From Chrysomallon squamiferum (taxonomy: Eukaryota > Animalia > Mollusca), in assembly GCA_012295275.1 (NCBI GenBank), contig CM022665.1, forward strand, positions 2,852,001 through 2,916,000: a DNA stretch of 64,000 nt, written 5' to 3'. The position numbers and the translations under genes are program-made. Position 1 is the stretch's first letter, and each line of letters starts with the position of its first letter. The notes under the pieces were generated by a model. It did not search any database. It was not told where the DNA came from and worked only from the letters and a program-made list of their open reading frames with translations. This document shows, piece after piece, positions 1-14,640 of this stretch.

Positions 1-214
1 TTCTGGATGATTTGAAAACATTATAGCAAGATCCTTTTCAAGTCATGGTTATATTTCAATAAATGTTTAAAAATTAGACATGGTAGATAAATAGTTTTAT
101 GCTCCAGTATCTTCTGACTGTTTAGCAGTTAAATTAATAGCAAACCTGTAGTTTTAGAATTAATTTTATTTTTCCGTTTTCTTTTTTAAAAAACCACAGG
201 TTTAATTTTTGTTT

Positions 215-259
<45 letters not shown>

Positions 260-2417
260 TTTAATAATAATAATAACAACAACAACAACAACAACAACAA
301 TAATAATAGTTGAAAATAACCACTAATTTCGACTAATTGGTAATGACTACCATATAAAAATTTGTGAAAATAAGTTTCATAGCCGTGTTTGTTAAACCTA
401 CACAGGTAGCCAGATTTTCTGTCTTATCACCCTGACTGTGTTAGCGCATAACAGATTAAAAACTGTCACATAAATACACGAGTATGCGTGTTAACAATAA
501 TGTATTTTTGATATCACTGAACATGCACAGTAGCCCTGGCGTGTTTCTTACTTATCTGTCACTGAAGTGAGACGCTTAAATATTGAATATAAAAACAACA
601 AATCTGTGATAACATAATTATTTAAATAAAATAAAACAGTTATAAAATTATGCATTCTAAATGTCATAAAACCTTTTTCATTTTTTTTTTCTTTCTTTCT
701 CTTTCTTTTTTCATTTTTTCGGTAGCTTTTTTTAATATTGGTGTATCTATCATTGTAATTACTTCCCGCATAACGCGATACAAAATAGTGGGGTTTTATT
801 GTTGTTGTTGTTGTTATTGTTGTTACTGGGTTTTTGTTGTTGTTGTTGTTGTTTTTGTTTGTTTTTTGGTTTTTACTAATCTGATAAACAGATCAAGACC
901 TAAATATGCTCTGAGTATTTTGATATTTTCATAACTTCCAAAGCAACTCCATTTTTGTGTAACTGACATGCAAACACACGCTGATACGGATAGATACACA
1001 AACACGACTGACTCGCATATACACAACACTTCACACAGTGCGTACACAAACACCACAACAACCAAACTGTCAAACACAGATATCAGTGAGCAGTTATTAA
1101 TGACACATCTCATAGTTTAACACACAAAAATCTCACACAAAACTCTGCTGATAAATAACACTACTGACATCACCTGACGATATTCGTTTTATATAAAAAA
1201 TATCCATTTAAACGTTAAAGTAAAAAGGTTGCCGTCTCTAATAACAATATATATATATATATATATATATTTAACGTAAATAAATAAAATAATTAATTTT
1301 ATATTTTATAGCCCTAATATTAACGGCGTTTATATACAAAATAAATTGTCATTTCTGACAGTCAAAACAGACTTTCAATATTAGTAATTTCAAAATGTGT
1401 TTAGTTATTAATGAACACACGCCTGCACAATTTAACTCTTAAAACATAGTTTACAACAACAAATAACAATACATATTGCACTTGCAAACGGCAGAACAAA
1501 CACACTTAAACAGAAAAACAACAACAAGAAGAAAAATTACAGAATAGAACAGAAAATAATCTGTAACAGAAAACACAGACTGCAAGAGAAAAGAAAACAC
1601 AGACTAGAAGAGCAAAACAAAACGCGGACCACAAGAGAAAAACATGATACGACACAACACAACACAACACAACACATAACGACCATCAACATTATAATTA
1701 TGGACCTTGTTACGGAATATATTCCAGACCAGTTTAACAAATCAAGTGTTTCTTTTATTTTAGTTAAGCTGTAATCTGTTAATACGCAAACTGCAGTATT
1801 AGGAGCGCTATTAATTAGACCCCTTATGGTTTAAGCACATTCGTCGTGCGCACCGACAAAGGGCTGCGCGCGAGCCCCAGCTAGCCCTCGTTGAGAAACC
1901 ATTGTTCGAACTGTTTGTGTTTTCACCGCGTTTCGTTCTACCTTCACTGCCTCCCTGCATGCAGGCAATTAGGAATCTCCATTACAAAGCGGCAACCTGA
2001 TTATATTAGCTGTAAACAAAATTAGATGATTATCACCTAATATCGGAATATATACTGTGCAATACTTTTGCTTCGAAAGCGTACGGCAATCAGTTACAGG
2101 CTTCGTTAATTAGGTATATGATGATATATATGGTTAATTTTTTTTTCTTCAAACGTGTGTGTCCTCCTCCTTCTCAAATAGTCACAAAAACCTTTAATTA
2201 TATATAAAAATAAAAACAATCTCTTAATGTACAGTTACAATAACTGCAATGCAAATAATCAGCTTAAAACAGAGATATAAAAGAAGTTTAAACATTGCGA
2301 GACGTATTTCTTGTTTTCATTGCTATGGCTTCATTCACGAAGCAATGATTTTGTTTTTTGTTTGTAATAAAACTGTTTTCGTTTTAACAAATACAGGCGT
2401 TTTAATGCTGACTCCAC

Positions 2418-2472
<55 letters not shown>

Positions 2473-4652
2473 TTATTTATTTATTTTTATTTTTTAAATA
2501 AGAGCCTGGCTTCTCTTCTCTTACATCTATCTGATATAATTTAGCTTGTAAAAATAAAAATTTTTACTTTATTTCCATTATTCTTAAAATCTTTATGTTA
2601 TATCTGCAGTAACTGCAATTTTTAACTCACAGTTATTATTTTTGTTAATCTTTTAGTACATTATATAGATTGCAAGCATGTATTTATTTATTACCTGTTA
2701 TACTCATCACATTCTATGCATATGAACATACACACATGCACGGACCATACACACACATACACGCACATGTACATTTACAAATAATAATAATAATAATAAT
2801 AATAGATTATACTTAGTTATATTTTCGAAATAGATTCGATCACGTGCGGCGACACATAAGGTAATTAAAAAAATTCAGTTACGCATTCAATTAAGTCTAA
2901 TAAAGCTTAGAATGTAATCAAAAAGTACGAACTAAAGAAAGCAAAACGTTCGGTTTTGCCAAGCTTGCAGGGAGATAATTAATTTGTTATTACGGAACGG
3001 TTCATTAGACTAGATAATCAGCTGGTTGTTCACCAATCATTGCAATTAGCACGGTTCAAAGTGCTCCGCGTAAATTAACCCGCTCAAGTAATGTTAAATC
3101 AGTACTTTTTACACAGTCAATAGAAAAAAAAAAAGAAGTACCTAATTAAATTGTTTCTACAAACATAATTACAAGTTATTGAATTGTTGTGTTTTTTCTT
3201 CTTTTTTTTTTTTTTTTTTTTATCTTTGTAATAGTTCGACCAAAAAAAGAGTAACGGTTATCTAGATTAATTTTTTTTTAAAAGGATTATTTAGTTAATA
3301 TAATTAAGTTTATAATTAAAACTATCGTTATCTGTAAGTAATAATAACAATAATATTAATAAGAAGAATGGTAGTCGTAGTAGTAGTAGTAGTAGTAGTG
3401 GTGGTAGAAGTAGTAGAGACGGTAGAAGTGTTCTTTAATATTGTTATTTTTGTTCTTGTTACAAATTAAAATGAATATATATATAAAAATACTAAATTTC
3501 TAATATCTAAGCAAATTTCCCCCATCACATTCTACACTTTTCTTTTCAATATGCGCGATATTTATTTTTACACTTTTTCTAAAAATATTTTTAATTTAGC
3601 ATTTCAAAGTGGACGTTTTAATTTGTTTTCAAAGCGACATCGTTTAATCCCATCGTTTACATTATAAGTGTTTCTGACAAGACACTATTTACGTGAAAAG
3701 CCTGATTTCCTTAAGATTACTCTTTTTTTCTTTTCTTCTTCTTCTTTTCTGTGTCATTTGTTCCCTTTGAGAAATGCTAATCACTTTGTATACATAGCAA
3801 TATATGCCAAATCTGCCATTTGTACCTGTGTATCTGCAGCACAACAATACAACACAAGGTGAAGATGTTTGTGTCCGGTTTATCCCTAAATGTGTTACTT
3901 TCAACACTTCTGAACAATACTCTTAGCAACTGGACCATTATTGGAGTTCATTTTAACAAAAGTGTTATTTTTCATCTATGAAGTGTCCATGTTATTTTAC
4001 GTAGATTTGTCAACACTTTCTAAGTGTGAAGTGTTCTTATAACCATGAACTACAAATAAAAAATAAAAAAAAGTAAAAAAGTAAATAAAACGCGGTTAAA
4101 ACCACATAACGGTTTTCAGAACGAATAATAGTTAGAACAACTCCGATAAGGAGATACTAGTGAAATACGTGTCAAAATGAATATTTAACCCTTAACACAA
4201 GTCATTCTCCTCTGACTTAAATACTTATGTTTTAACACATATAGCAGTGTATATAGTAATATCTTCACATTTGTTTCATAGATACACACTCTATGGACTA
4301 CCACGCCAGCCATAACGCGTGTTTAGTTTAGTTTTTTCTAAAGGAATATTAATGGAATGACTATTTAACATGACCATTTGTACTACTACGTCTACCATAA
4401 TTATTGTTTTATTGTTACAAGAACGATACTACTCCTATTACATTTTAAGAATAATTTTATCAAACAGTATTTTTGAAAATATTTTTTCACTACCACCATA
4501 GGTCTTATCTTACTAATAATATATCATAGTTTGCCCAAATAAATTTTGAAAACAGTTTTACCCTTTTTAATAAAGCCTATATATATATATATATATATAA
4601 AATTTAGATTAGGATTAATGCAAAAGGAAAGCGTGAGCATATACATCCCCAC

Positions 4653-4802
<150 letters not shown>

Positions 4803-5329
4803 TGATATAAACAGCATACTTGCAATGTTTTTCTAATGAACTGTATACTCATAACACAGGTATCTGACCTTTGGTCGTGCTGTTAAGAATAAATGCACAC
4901 AAAGCTGGAAGCGGAACATGTAAGATAATATTACACGTTACAAAGTACAACAGCATTAAGCATCGTCTTTAAATAATAACTTACCTCAGACTGCAACTAT
5001 AAATATCGTCGCATATAGCGATCTGTTTTTTATATACTAAACTGCAGTTGAAAACAGATTTCAATACATAAAATTATTGATACAATATTTCTTTAATAAA
5101 ATAAAAATTTTGGTTGTTTTTTGTTTATTTTGGGCCATTTTTAATGAATAAATAGTCAATTAAAATGCAGTCTTCAGCCTTAAGTCCAGTATCTTTTCAA
5201 TAATACATGCGCCCCTGTCCATTTTACTACTAACAAAATTAACCATAAATGTCAGTTACTAAGCCTTTATCTTTAGATAAAATAATTCGTGAATTTACTG
5301 TAGATAGCAGAACAATCCTTTCTCCCACT

Positions 5330-5441
<112 letters not shown>

Positions 5442-6719
5442 CACAAACACGAACGCACACGCACCAACCCACGTACACACAGCCTTTCTCTCTGTCCGTC
5501 TCTGTCTGTCTCCAACAAGTTATTTAGGTGTAATATCCAACTGTGTAATTTAGAGTGCAGAGTTAATCCGGAGACAGGATTCTGTTTGTAGTTGTTGCAG
5601 AAACAAACAGTCAGAGTCGGACTCCTGTTGTGGTAATTGTTTCGAAGAGTAAAATATAAAACAAAATCGATTTTTGAAAAACAGACCTCACAACAAATGA
5701 TGGATAGACCCCGAAGCTTCTATTTGACCCTTCTTTTCTCAAACAGTCCATTCATTTCGCGTGGTCAGAAACAAAATAATGCACTTTTTTTCTTTCTTTT
5801 TCTTTTTTACGAATTTTATATTCCACTTTTGAAAAAGAAATGCTTTTTTTTTCTTTCGTTTTTTTTTCAAAAAATAAATGAAAATAAATAAAGAAGCAAA
5901 TAAATTAATTACTGGTCACAATATTTCCATGAATATTTCGTACAAAATCACCGTAAATCCGAAACTTGTCGTCTAACTCAGCACATTAGTTCGACCAACG
6001 TTTTTTTTTTTGTTGTTTCTTTTAACCACAACACACTGTTTTATTTCTCATTGCGACATTGCGCTATGCAACAAATTTCTCAACTCCAAATTTCACGAAA
6101 ACACTCGACAGCCGACGTATTCGTGTGACCAGGATGAAAGATCTTTCACATTTATTTCAGTGAAAATTTAACGAATATTTAAACAAAAACAAAAATTAAA
6201 TATAACGGTAAAAGCAACTCGTTAGAGAGAGAGAGTTTAACACAACGAGTAAGTAGAATAGCCTAGCTGTGATATATAAACTAAATACTTCACACATAAT
6301 ATCTTCATATTATAGAGTCTTAGCCATCTTAAATCTTATTTAGTTTAATACGAATAAAGAAGTCGGTAATGTTTGTACAACGAAATAGCAAAGCTCAGAC
6401 TAGGTCTAGTATATTGGAATAGCATTAGAATCCCGTTAAATCTACTTTACACAGATTAAAGAGAGAGTATTTGAATATGCTGCTTCAATAGAGATACATA
6501 TTTATTTATTTTTATTATTATGATTATTACTTTTATTTTTTATTTCACTCAGAATGGTAATGATAATAAAGAAAGAAATTGTAATAATATATTTGTATGA
6601 AAATTTGGAAGAGTATGGCTTGTTGTGAGGGGGGCATAAAATTAGGACATATTCATTATAGTAAATTGTCATTTTTCTCACGCGGATGAATACCCTTTCT
6701 TTTCCCAAGCCTATTAACA

Positions 6720-6800
6720 AGCCGCGATCGCTCATTGGACGGGGGATAAACTGGGGCGGAGCTACCGCTATTATTTGCAGGCCTTAAGTTGGTTGTGATC
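6720..6800 (+). promoter_or_regulatory. Candidate distal Otx promoter (inverted CCAAT box + GC box)
   Basis: ATTGG at 6734-6738 and the Sp1-type GGGGCGGAGC at 6753-6762. Followed by donor GTAAGT at 6867, acceptor TTTTACTTTAG| at 7058 and donor AAAG|GTATGT at 7127. Confidence 0.5.
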
Positions 6801-7058
6801 AATCAAAGTTACATTCGCATTATCGGTCGTAAGCGCAGCTTTAAGGTGTTAAGCCATATTTTTGCCGTAAGTACTAATCTTTGGAGCATGGTTTTTCACA
6901 AACTAATGCTTTATACTGCACGATTTTAGATATTAGTTTAATAAGTTTAAGCCACTGGGACGAAGCAGAGAGTCTTTGGAGAGTAAATCTGATCTACTTA
7001 CATTAGTAAACGCACATGCCGAGAAGAGGTCAGCTCTAAAGTCTTTATTTTACTTTAG

Positions 7059-7127
7059 GTGTGCAAACTTTGGATATACAGAGAATATAATCTTCAAAGC
7101 TGGCTACCATTGTCTCTAATATTAAAG
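7059..7127 (+). other. Candidate non-coding 5' UTR exon of Otx
   Basis: Polypyrimidine acceptor CTTTATTTTACTTTAG| and strong donor AAAG|GTATGT. In-frame TAA at 7088 relative to the Otx frame, so non-coding. Confidence 0.45.
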
Positions 7128-7479
7128 GTATGTTCTATATTTATTATTTATCTTTAGTGTATTAGATTATGGTAAGTAAGAAATATGTCACAATTTATTT
7201 CATATTTAGCACGCAAATCCAGATTCGTGTTAAATCGGTGGTGTGAAGATAAAGCGAATAATAAACACATGAGTTCAATTTATTACAAACTTAACTGAGT
7301 AGATTATAATCATTTCAAATACGATTAAAATATGATCATAGAATTCCTTACAGCTTTCTTCAATTTTTGGTAAACTATATATTCATTTGATAAATAAATA
7401 CAAATTATTTCGTTACACCTTTTTGCGTAATTTTATAAATAATTTTTTCTCGTGTGAATAACTAACGATATATGGCTGA

Positions 7480-7880
7480 ACATTTATACAATTAAACACT
7501 CAAAGTAATGTTAAATATATTATAATGTATGTGACAGCTGAAACATAAAACTGAAGTAATGTTAAATGTATGAATGTATATAACAACTGAAACATAAAAC
7601 TGAAGTAATGTTAAATGTATGAATGTATATAACAACTGAAACATAAAACTGAAGTAATGTTAAATGTATGAATGTATATGACAACTGAAGTAATGTTAAA
7701 TTTATTATAACGTATATGACAAAACCTGAAACACAAAACCGAAGTAATATTAAATACATTAAATAAAGTCTATGAAAAAAAGCTGAAACATAAGAATTAA
7801 AGTAATATCAAATACATTTGTAACGTACACAACGACGAAACTGAAACCCAAATAAAACTCGAAGTAATATTAAATACATC
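7480..7880. repeat. Minisatellite, ~50-bp unit (AACTGAAACATAAAACTGAAGTAATGTTAAATGTATGAATGTATAT), degenerating at the edges
   Basis: Near-identical copies at about 7535-7680 with diverged flanking copies; the core GAAGTAAT(G/A)TTAAAT recurs about 8 times. Confidence 0.9.
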
Positions 7881-8332
7881 AGCGTATGTACGACAGTGAG
7901 TACGTTTTCTGATGACTTGATTACTCGAAGCTAAAAGCAGCTTAGCAGTACTCAAGTCGTGTTTTTGTGATTACTTCATCAAATTAGTGTGTCAGTTACA
8001 AAATACTTTTTCACTTCACTGCAACCTGTATGTGCGTACGTAGCAGAACCTCCCCAAGCCCCATTGTAAACGAATTTGACAACTGTCGCGGAAAGATAAT
8101 GGGAACTTTGGGAAAATCCAAACAACGGGTGGAATCCGGGGCCCACGCCACTCACTCTCAGCTCGTAAATAACCCTCAGACGAGCGGGTAACCGTGGGTA
8201 ACTGGCGGGTAGAAACAGCAAACACATTTGCCATGAAACGAACGCGGTCCGGCGTGGTAACTTTTTTCTTTCTTTTTTTTATAATTAACGTGTGGAAATA
8301 GAAAGTTATATAAATATAAAATTGTTGTCACC

Positions 8333-8381
8333 ATGGTTTGCGGAATTTGTGACGAGGAGCAATCTTTATCTGAACAACAAA
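8333..8381 (+). CDS. Otx: Candidate alternative first coding exon of Otx (MVCGICDEEQSLSEQQ)
   Basis: Strong Kozak context CACCATGG at 8329-8336 and an open frame to the donor A|GTATGT at 8382, phase 1, compatible with the acceptors at 9799 and 16359. Lies just downstream of a GC-richer promoter-like patch (7980-8260). Confidence 0.45.
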
Positions 8382-9719
8382 GTATGTAAAAAAAATTTCG
8401 TTTACTTTTTTTTTTTTTTTGTTGTTGTTAGTCTATTTCTGTAAGAGTGATACGACATGCCAACGTGGCTTTCACGTCGTTCCTATGAACAACGACGACT
8501 CGGTAAACACACCAAAATACTCAAATTCCTTTTACTTTACCAACAAGACAACCACAACAAAACGTCCAGCTAAAACAAATATATATTTATTAAAAAAAGA
8601 CAAAACTGTTAAAACATTTTAGTCAGTTCTCTTAATGTATGTTTTTAAAATTGTTTCTCTGCTTTGTTAATTATACTAGAATCTAATTTAGGAAAATATT
8701 TCCTTAAATTTAACCTGTTTAGGTTAGTGGTGATATTTATATACTAGCAAATACATAAAACTATTTTTCTTTTTTTTTTACTAGCAAGTACTAAATAAAA
8801 TAACAAATGATCGTATTATGTAAACTGTTATTATTACAATTTTTATCATTACTAATTTTTTTATTTTTTATTATTAACTAATATTTCCCTGATAATGGTT
8901 TTGAATAAAATCACGTATAATTGTGACCGATATACGTATATAAATACATTAAAAAAAAGAAAAAAAAAAGCAAGCGTGGATCTTAGTGACGGGAATTTAA
9001 CGCGGATTTCCTACCTGGCGTCTTTTTAAATCAAGGAAACAATTCGTTTTCTTCCTATCCGTGCAGGCAACAAGTTTAATTTTGTCTTCTTGTTGTTGTT
9101 GTTTTTTTTCTTATTTTTTAAAATATACATTGTAAAACTTCCCCCTCCCCTCCCCCCCCAAGCAGTTGTGTGAGTGATGCTGTCTTTTGTTTTAAGAATT
9201 TCTTACGTAAAGCTCGTGTTGTCTCTCGGACAATAGCAGAGATAAGCGGGCGGGTCTCTATAAACGATGGTGCTAATTTTTCGCGATACGACAAGATACA
9301 CGATAAAATGTGCGAACATGTAAACAAACAGTAAATATCTGATGAAGAAAACCCGCAACAACAGGCAAAGCCTTATTTTTATTTTTATTTTTTATTTTTT
9401 GTTTCGCTTGCAAATCAGATGTTTACAAATGTATTGTTTTAGGCAAAGATAAATGCTAAAGAATTATATCTAATTGTGAATCTGTTTGAAATTTTGATAC
9501 ACTGGCGATATAATTATTATATTTTATTTATTAATTCTGTATAATAATAATAATAATTATTATTATTATCTTATTATTATTATTATTATTGTTATTACAT
9601 TATTGTTATTGTGTTAATGTAAAATTATTACTTTGATTATTTCTATTTTTATTTTGTTTTTATTATAATTGTTATTACATTCTTGTTCATGTTTTAATGT
9701 TGTATTATTATTATTATTA

Positions 9720-9762
<43 letters not shown>

Positions 9763-9798
9763 TATTATTTATTATTATTATTATTATTATTATTGCAG

Positions 9799-9843
9799 TA
9801 CCAAACCATTTTGTAGATAGGACGGCTCCAGTAGACATGAAGA
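9799..9843 (+). CDS. Otx: Candidate 45-nt upstream Otx exon (symmetric phase 1-1), contains in-frame ATG at 9837
   Basis: Isolated complex sequence next to an (ATT)n tract, bounded by TTGCAG| and A|GTGAGT. Reads xPNHFVDRTAPVDMK and splices in frame to 16359 (ATG AAG A|TG TGG = M K M W S D R Y). Confidence 0.6.
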
Positions 9844-10924
9844 GTGAGTATTATTTACATATTTAATTTATTCAGATTTTACAAGAATGAACGGAATTTT
9901 TTTTTTTTTAATGTTAATGTGTATAACTGCGAGATGACTATAAAATTAGAAAATGGTTTCCGCTAATCCTTTAGATGTTAAAAAGTACCTTTTTTTTTTC
10001 TTTCCTTTTGCACAAAGCAAACGCGTAAATTTAGTTCCACTTAAATACAAAAATTCGTTTGTACATCTTTAGAAATAAACTGCCATTTCTTACTATTCAT
10101 TTTCTTCTTATTTCCGTTATTACTGTAAAACTGTTATTATTTCTTTCTTTTTTAAAATTATTTTTGCTTTTATTAGGTATTATTATCATCATCATAATCA
10201 TTATTATTATTATTATTATTACTATTATTATTAACTGCTATTAACTGATTTAATTTTACTTGTAATAATAAAAATGATGATGAAGATAATAATAAAACAA
10301 TAATAACAATGACTTAACGGCTATCATTATTATGATCACTGGTGAGGAATGAAACTACATCTCATTGAAATCATTGAAGTGTTTTATTTATTTATCTTAG
10401 TATATTTTGATACACATCATGTCCAATAATTATTTGCTTGAACGAAATTATTACAGCTATTATGACAAATGTGAATATATATTTTGTAAGACTATTTTCA
10501 TTTAATTTATTTTTCAGTATTTGCTGAAGTAAATTTAATGGGCTTAGCAATAAAATATCTAAATATCCACACAATTATTTGCATGAAATAATGAATAATT
10601 TTTTAAAATATATATTTTATAAGTAATTTTTTTATGAGATAGTCAACACCAAAGAGGAAAATAAAGATATTATTAAAATTAATGTTCTATTAAATCTGTA
10701 AAAATTACACAATGAAAAAGGCATAGTAATATATATATATATATATATATATAAACATTCATACATACATACTGTAATTTTATTTATTTTTATTTTTTAT
10801 AATAACATAATACTGTATATATATATATATATATATATAAAAAAAAATAAAAATTCTTGCATCAGAATGTACTTAGAAAATAAATAATATAATTACTACA
10901 CTTAACAGTAATTCTCTTTCAAAT

Positions 10925-10962
<38 letters not shown>

Positions 10963-13900
10963 CTGAAATATTAATAAATTTCAAAGCATCCCCGAATCTC
11001 TGCTGTTGGGTACATTACTAAATACTATTATAAATAACCTCACTTTCGGTACATTATCTCATACAAGGCTGAAATAGTTAAAAGCCTGCGTCGGCTTGTA
11101 ATACTGCTGATGGTGTGGTTGTCATCTCTGGTTTCTATCAGGGCGGCAGTGGTCTTTCATGACCAGTTAATACCACTATTATGTGCAACAACGCATTGCT
11201 CTTTTCTAGAAATCCCAACAGATTTGCCGATAATTAACGTTCACATTTACGCACAAGCAAACCTAACCTGTGTCATTTGCAGGAGAAAAAGGCAGAGCAG
11301 ATTAACTTGTTACAGCACGAAAATGCGTTGTCTGGAGACGTGAAATTTATTTCATAATTACTACTCGTTTGTACCGTTCATCGTTACACCGTGACAAAAC
11401 CCTCGGCAAAAACTCAGGTGTTTACAACAATGCCAATCTAGCGGTCATCTCCGTGTTGAATCTTACATGCATTGATGCACAGCATTTTAGCAAATTAATA
11501 TTCTAGCTGAAGGTAGAAAAAAAAAAAAAAAAGAAAAAAAAAAAAAAAAAAAAGTACAAAAAAAAAAAGCTAGTCGAGATGAGTTGCGATGTTGAAGTAA
11601 TTACTTTACTGAACGACAAAGCAAATTTGTATGGCCACTGAATGAAAGTTCTGTGATGCATGCACACGGTTTTTTTAGGTTTTTTTTTTTTTTATTATTA
11701 TTATTTTTAGTTGTTTTTTTTTTGGTGACAATATATTGTGTTCGATTAGTTCGTTTTGATCATTTGATAATAATATGAAATTGTTTTGTAAAACATATAT
11801 GAAGACTGACATTTTCTAATGAAATGGCTAATGCGAAGAAAAGGGAAAAAAAAAAAAAAAAAAAAAAGATGAAAAAAAGATTAATAATAATTTTTTTAAA
11901 GCTAATTTGGTTTGTGTTAGAAGGATCTGTAAAACAGATAATATTGTATTTTACGTGTTCATAGCTAATGTACTTTTCAACATCAATTTCTAAAGGCGTC
12001 AAAGACGTTTCAGTTGTTGCCCGGGGCGCCAGGTAATCTGTAACGTGTAAATTCCTCCTGGGAAGGGTCAAACGTTATGACTGCATGTTAAATGTGAACA
12101 CTTCGCCCCCTGTTTTAGTTAACACTCACAATTCCATTACGGACAAATTAATAATTGAGACGTCACTTCAATGACTGTTAGCTGTTTGTTCACTCATTTT
12201 CCGGTTCACGAGACAAGCGCCCGTGGACTGGACAGATGTGTTCTTCTGTTTTCTTAAATATTACTGCAATTACATAAACAGTTAATCATTTTTAATTTTT
12301 TTTTTATAAAGATTATTGTTATTTATTTATTTATTTTGTGACAAATAAAATCAGTAAACGCTGATGAAGAGTAGGCAGTGGGGGAAATAAATTGAATCCA
12401 AAATTATTTTTTTTAAAATAGAGCCTTAATTATTAAGGTATTTAATTATTGTTAATATTTATATGTATATTATTTTGTTATAAATATATCTGGTTATTAC
12501 AGATAGAAATAATTATAGAGATAAAAGCAAATTTTTAAAAATGTATTTTATTATAAACCCTTTTTATATTAAACAACAACAAAAAAAAAAAAAATTAAAA
12601 AAAAATTTAAAAAATGTTATCAGGAACTAGTTATACTAATGTCATTTAACAAAAAATCTAATTATTGGGGTTTTTTTTGCTTCTTGTTTTTTTGTGTGTT
12701 TTTTTTTTACCCATAATTGGATGGAAGCAATATTATTATTTATTTTTTTTTTTTTTTTTATGCATAAAATATCATATCTGTACTATAAATTTTATTAGCT
12801 TTTTCTTGCACAAATATTCAAGCTGGAAATGTATAAATTTCAAATATGTTTACTTCAGTAACCAGATTCATTTTATTTATTTTGTTTTTCACAAAATAAC
12901 TAAGCTTCGCCAGTTTTAATCCTTGTACTGAGTTTGAACGGTTTGAAGCGCAGACTGTATTATAAATTTCATTTTACTTATTTCAGAATATTTCATCACT
13001 GTTTTTCTTTTTAGAGTTATTTAGCGCTGATAACATTCACTGGTCTATTTTTGTATTTGCTCAATTCGAGCGGGATTTAGTCATTTTGATTATTTTATTC
13101 CATTTAACATTATTTTATTTTATGAACACTTATTTTCCTTCCTTCAGTACATATAATGGTAACAGCACACTGACAAAGGTTTTATTTTCCGTTAATAACT
13201 GAAATCACAAGAGTAACAAGGGAAGGAAATCATAGTCTGTTTATATGCGTGATTTGACCCAGTATATGTCAATAGCATAAAGAAATCCCAGCGTGCAACA
13301 GATTGCAAAATCAAAGTGAGTTATAGGTATGCTGGGTCCATTAATATCAATATCCACATTAGCATAAGCAACATCAGCGTCAACATTCACGCCATCGACT
13401 ATTTCTGCAGTTTACAGGTGGTCGGATGAATGGTACAGGCAAACTAAACAGTCAATCAACTCCAATCCGATTTATTAAAACTTTATATGGTTAATAAGAC
13501 TGGCGAGTACCGGCGCTTTAAGTAGATGAATTTAAAAGAAAAATTTCTGTAATCCGTTTATTACAGTGACTCAGATAAGAGAAGTAACGAATCTATTGTG
13601 CTTTAAAAATGACTTCATATTTTCATTGTGATAATTAAATTTTACACTTTTTTTTTTTTTCTTTTTCTTCTTTCTTTTCCCTCGTTCTTTCTTTGAGTCA
13701 TATTTATTGGGGGTTTTTTGATTTTTTTATTCAACATATATATTGAAAATCGTTGCATTAAGTAAAGAATTTTATTTTTATTATTTTTATTTTTTTTTAA
13801 AGCTTTTAAAAAAAAAAAAAACATTTTCCACATAAAGACTGTAGTATTCTGTTCTTTTATTCGCGGGAGACGGACATTGTAAACACATCGGACAAAGAAA

Positions 13901-14426
13901 GCGATTTGCAAACAGTATCAGTTATTAACATCACATATAGTCGTTGCCTTGTCACTGGCTCTGACAGATGTTGACTTCACTACCGCGGTGACATATGTTC
14001 ATTCGCGACCGATGTTGATGTCGTTTGTACCTCACAGCATCGGCACGTGTGCATTCCCGGCCTCTTTCGATCGGCACAAGAATTTTCGAGTCCGGTCTAA
14101 TTTACGAAATGAATTTTTACGTAAAGAAAGCTACGGCAAGTCGCAAATTAAAGACTCTAAGAAGTTAATCACTTAGCAGGTTGTTAAAATAGGACGTCAA
14201 CGAAGTGGGAGGTGCCAGAGGAAGCGCGAAAATGTGACACGAGGCAGCCAGTTTGAGACCGGTACACGTCGCTGCCGTGCACTCCGTCGTGGCAGATGGC
14301 TCATTGATGTCATGTAACAGCAACGTAGTCCAAACATAATTAGACAAAGTCTAGGTCTTAATTCTTTAATGATGGACAATCAATTTACACAGCGAAAGGG
14401 GAAAAAGAAGAAATTGGTTATATCAG

Positions 14427-14468
<42 letters not shown>

Positions 14469-14505
14469 TGATAATAATAATAATAATAATAACAATAACA
14501 ATAAC

Positions 14506-14573
<68 letters not shown>

Positions 14574-14640
14574 TAACAGTCACAGTAATAGTAACAGTAA
14601 TAATAAGGATAAGAAGAAGAAGAAGAAAGAATAAGAATAA
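14427..14640. repeat. (AAT)n-based compound trinucleotide microsatellite
   Basis: Direct reading; source of poly-Ile ORFs. Confidence 0.95.

Noticed and set aside
7480-7880. CRISPR-like periodicity
   Set aside because: Units are tandem with no unique spacers, the context is eukaryotic, and there are no cas genes.
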